Positions 60,006 to 64,000 of a DNA stretch of 64,000 bases are shown here, piece by piece (positions within the stretch are counted from its first letter, which is position 1; the number at the start of each line of letters is the position of its first letter). The translations under genes and the position numbers were made by a program. The DNA is from Chiloscyllium plagiosum (Eukaryota), in contig NC_057719.1 of the NCBI RefSeq assembly GCF_004010195.1, positions 74,588,043-74,652,042 on the forward strand, read 5' to 3'. The notes under the pieces were generated by a model that saw only the letters and a list, made by a program, of their open reading frames with translations, was not told where the DNA came from and made no database searches.

Positions 60006-62545
60006 GAGAAGGTCAATGGCAGGAGCAAAGTCGAGTGATGGTTTGGAGTTGAAAGTAGGTGGACTTAATGATTGTTCCATTATATCTACACAAAGAAAAT
60101 GCCAGATACCTCACTCTGGATGTCAAATTATGATAAATATTTCAATTTTGAATAACTGGGTTTACAAACATGAAAGCTTCAAATAAGAAGCTGATTCATT
60201 GCTTTTTTTAAGCAAGTGCTGAAAGTTAGAACAGAGGGAGGGAGGGAGGGAGAGAGAAAGAAAGCACTTCTCACCTAATATATTATTATTCAAATGCAGT
60301 CACTTATTGGTATCTGGATAAATGCAGCCACCAATGTGCTACGTCACACAAACAGCAAATTATTTTAAGAGCCAGGTAGTTTTGTTGATTGAGGAACCAA
60401 TATTAGTCAACATACTGGAAGGGCTCTTTAAATAAAAAGACTGTTCAATATCTTCTTGAATAGACAGAGCCTTATTTTTGTAGCTTATCTATGTGCTGCC
60501 CTAACATTACAACTTTCTCATTCATACACTTGAGGCTGAGTGAGATGATGTTCCTAAATCCTGGAGTAGGGCTTGAAGACAGCATCTTCTGACTCAGCAG
60601 TGAAAGTAATATCTGATATTCCGAGCTGGCAATAGGTGAAACATAACCTATTGTTATTTTGTTCAGAGTTCCCAAACAACATTTATCATTGTTGACATGA
60701 ATTATTAAAGTCAAATAAGAAACATGACCAACAGAAACCACTGCAGTATTTACAAAAGCTATATAGATGATATCTCAAAGACCTATTAAGTTTCTACTTA
60801 AGATTATTCGAAAAGAGATTTCAAGATTAATGCAGATTATCTATAAAAACAAACACTTGCCACTAAATAAAAAGCCTGTTCTATTGCACCAAAGCAAGTG
60901 ATTCCGATTATGATGGAATTCAGGAACAAAGTACCTCAGTGAAACTTCAGGAGATATCAATATGGGTGACGGTCACATGATCTAACTAGTAATGTAAAAT
61001 GCTCAAGAAAAACTTTGACCATGGTAAAAGCATTTCTTCATATAATATCAAACAAAACTGTTCTATGATAATCCAAAATAAATAAGCAGCTATTTTATAA
61101 AACTGACCATCTACATTCAGCACACATTCACAACACTACCGCTCATTGAAACCAGCAACATATAGAAAAGTACTTTTCTATCTGTTGTTACAGAACAATT
61201 CACTCGTTAAGAGCATATTTTGCTTTCTTTCAATGCACAATGTGTAGTACATATACTTTAAATTGGAACAAGCCAATTAATTTATTCAATTCAGTGGATG
61301 AATTTTAATAGCACTCTATTTAGCCACTTGATAACATGCTAGTGAGACTATACCACATATTTAATTAAGATTCTGAGTGTAACTAAGCAATGTCAAATTC
61401 ACACTATGCTCTTCTAACTACAAATTAAATTTACAACAGGGCTCAACAGTAATTTTTGCTGACTCACCACATTGCTCTGCAGAAAAGTATCTTTTTACCA
61501 TTGCTTGGCAATCTTAGGTGGAGTACACCTGGTCCAACATCCAGAAAGAACATGAGACTGTTTGCTGCATTCAGCATTTTGTATCTGCATTTACCCTGGT
61601 GGCGACCAGCTACTAAACAATATTTCTAGCAAAAACTTAGGAAGAGATCGTGAATTCACTACAATAATAATGTCTTTGAATTTATATCACATCTCACATT
61701 TAGTGTTTAAGCTTGTTTTGTGCAACCTTCACAGTTAAAGATGCATATTCAAGGTAATACAAGATTAAATTTAGGTAAGTGAAATACCAAATCATGAAAA
61801 AGTTCATGTTGGATCCCTGTTGTATATTAAATATACACAGTTACAAATGTTAACAACTTTTCCATTGCATTTGTTTTGTAAAAGTAGCTCAGTTAATACA
61901 GTTAATACTCAGTATAAATTGTATTTCCTAACATAGGCTTAAAAACAATTAAATCACTAATGAAATGATATTTGGTGGCTCTGTAACTTGGAATGATTTA
62001 GCACTGAACTCTCAAAATAGATGATCGAGAGTTTCATCCCCAGTCTGCTAGATGGGCCACTGTGTAGCTGCAGAGCACTCCATCTCAGAGGGAACAGTAA
62101 GAACAGGCAGGAACTGACCCACCGTACTAAAGTGCACACGTCCAGTTGTCTGATCACGAAGTGAATGGATGCTGGCCATGGAGATGTCTACACAGACCAT
62201 GTCATTTTCCAAGTTGAAGGAGGAAATGTGTTGACAAGAGGTAGCAGATGGGGACCTAACAGGAAAACAAGTTATCTGGCATCAGCTGGTTAGGTTTCTG
62301 GCAAGGGACGTGTTGGCAAAAGCATTAAACTCAAAGCACATTCTTCAAAACAGAACCAGAGCCATAACCAATACACGAGTTATGGATTCTGGTAGATACA
62401 ATGGAATCCATTTTTAAGCTGTGGCACAAGATCAGGCTGACATTGTACTTCATTTGCACACATCAGGTATATGAATACGTTGATTCAAAAGGTTAGCAAG
62501 ATATCATACAATAAAAGAGTTTTAAAAATAAGCCACAGAGCTCAC

Positions 62546-62615
62546 CTGCCAACTAACCCTGGAGGACAGATTTTCCACAATAATTCTATATTCAGTGTGA
62601 ACTGGACGGCCACCT
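62546..62615 (-). CDS. SRSF5: SRSF5-C exon 5: [23 protein letters not shown]
   Basis: 70 nt, gtttttag acceptor, gtgag donor. Confidence 0.92.
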
Positions 62616-64000
62616 CTAAAAACGAAACAGAATGTTTTATTGTACTCTTTAAACCAGTATTGTACTGACTGCACTTGAACAGTTGAGTTCAAGAGATGAA
62701 TAGCTGTCTATTTGTATCATTTGCACAGCAGATAATTGTACATACTCAAATTCAAGCAGGAAGAATGATTTTCTAGCCTTTCACATTCAGATCCACTTCT
62801 AAGAGCTCTCCTAACAGTTCATTCTTCATTCACAAGAAATTGGTTGTAAATTGTTGCGTACATTTCAGGAAACTTTTAGTAATGTTAAGGACTTTTTGCT
62901 GATTTAGTGGCACCGCTGATACTGTCCTGGGTAATTTGATTTCAACAGGGGCAGCAAAATTGGTGTAGGTCAGCAGGATTGGGAGTGGGGTTGGATTGCG
63001 GAAAGATAAATTACCAACGTTATTATTCTTGAGATATTACGGGAAGCTCTAAGTGTGTGTGTGAATACCATGATGGATTGATTGGATGTTTCCCAAATCC
63101 AAGCAGTCTATGAATATTGCATGAGTAAGATACTGGAAAGTGGCTGACCCATGCAGATAACATACAGCAAAGGAGCAGTGCATTCAAGTGAGGAAGAGAG
63201 AAAACTGAGAGGAAGAAAAAGAAGTCTACCAATTGGACATGTTAAAAGTGGGGGACCACATTGGGACAAGCTACATATGTAAATATATGCATTCACATAG
63301 CATAAGATATATGGCATAGAAACAGTTTGGCCAAACCAGTCCATGCCGGTATTTATGCTCCACTGGAACTACCTCCCATTTTCCCTCAATAAAGGATAAC
63401 CTTTAAGTTGTAGTGCAAATGCATCCTAAAAAGAATAGTTTCTGAAAGAAAAACTCCTCAAACAAGAGACAGAAAAGAGCAGGATCTTTGTAAACACAAT
63501 TTTTCAAAAGATATTTTTTCAAAAAGATATTTCAAAAAGGTTTTAATTGACATGGTAAAATACTTTAGCAAAGAGAAATATTCCTTTTGGAAAAATTCTT
63601 TTATGTTTGGTCAAATGCAGAAATTCTGCTGAGGCAGTGGTTAGATACATTCCTGCCGTTTGATGTTAGACAAACAGATTCAATTATCACCAAAACATAC
63701 ACAAAAATAATGTTACCTTTAGTATTCTCTAATGGTGCTATTGAAATCATTAAAGTATCTCACGTTTGTTTGATTCACACAGTCAGCTAGTCAACACTAA
63801 TGGTGCAGAGTGAAAATTCTTTCACAATAAAGAATGTCCTAAATTCATTTTTATCGTTATCGTGTCTTGGTCCACTGAGCTAAGCATGGCTTTAAACTTC
63901 AGAAACATCTATCCTATATCTATTTCACTTACATACCAAACATTCTCTCACTTTATTATCCAGAGCATTTTTCCTGCTCACTGTTGCGTGTTTCTAATGT

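Larger units (their letters stand above)
43420..62615 (-). other. SRSF5: SRSF5-like paralog C, partial gene (exons 5-8; upstream exons lie beyond the window end)
   Basis: Four GT-AG exons in the same phases as A and B join in frame. Confidence 0.88.

Noticed and set aside
61590..61610. CTCF-like motif ACCCTGGTGGCGA
   Set aside because: Only a partial match to the consensus; not supportable without a PWM score or ChIP data.

Overview
Eukaryotic (vertebrate) genomic DNA, almost certainly from a shark or other cartilaginous fish. This is inferred from abundant HE1-type tRNA-derived SINEs with (TCTAA)n tails, CR1-clade LINE fragments and Penelope-like termini. The main content is a head-to-tail array of three intron-containing SRSF5 (SRp40) splicing-factor paralogs, all on the minus strand. 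Copy A spans about 23480->16400, with a complete 277-aa CDS reconstructed from 7 coding exons. Copy B spans about 40830->30830, with a complete 269-aa CDS. Copy C is partial: its last four coding exons run 62615->43746, its 5' end lies beyond the window, and it is more divergent, with a degenerate RS domain and much longer introns. A and B share a strongly conserved ~0.5-kb stop-codon ('poison') exon in intron 5 and a conserved promoter/5'UTR motif set. C appears to keep a shortened, diverged homologue of the poison exon. Just upstream of the copy A promoter sits a nest of hairpin-shaped Penelope-like remnants carrying minimal hammerhead-ribozyme cores. The rest is mostly decayed retroelements, with two assembly gaps. 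All exon calls come from manual splice-site and reading-frame reconstruction; no database searches or alignments were run.
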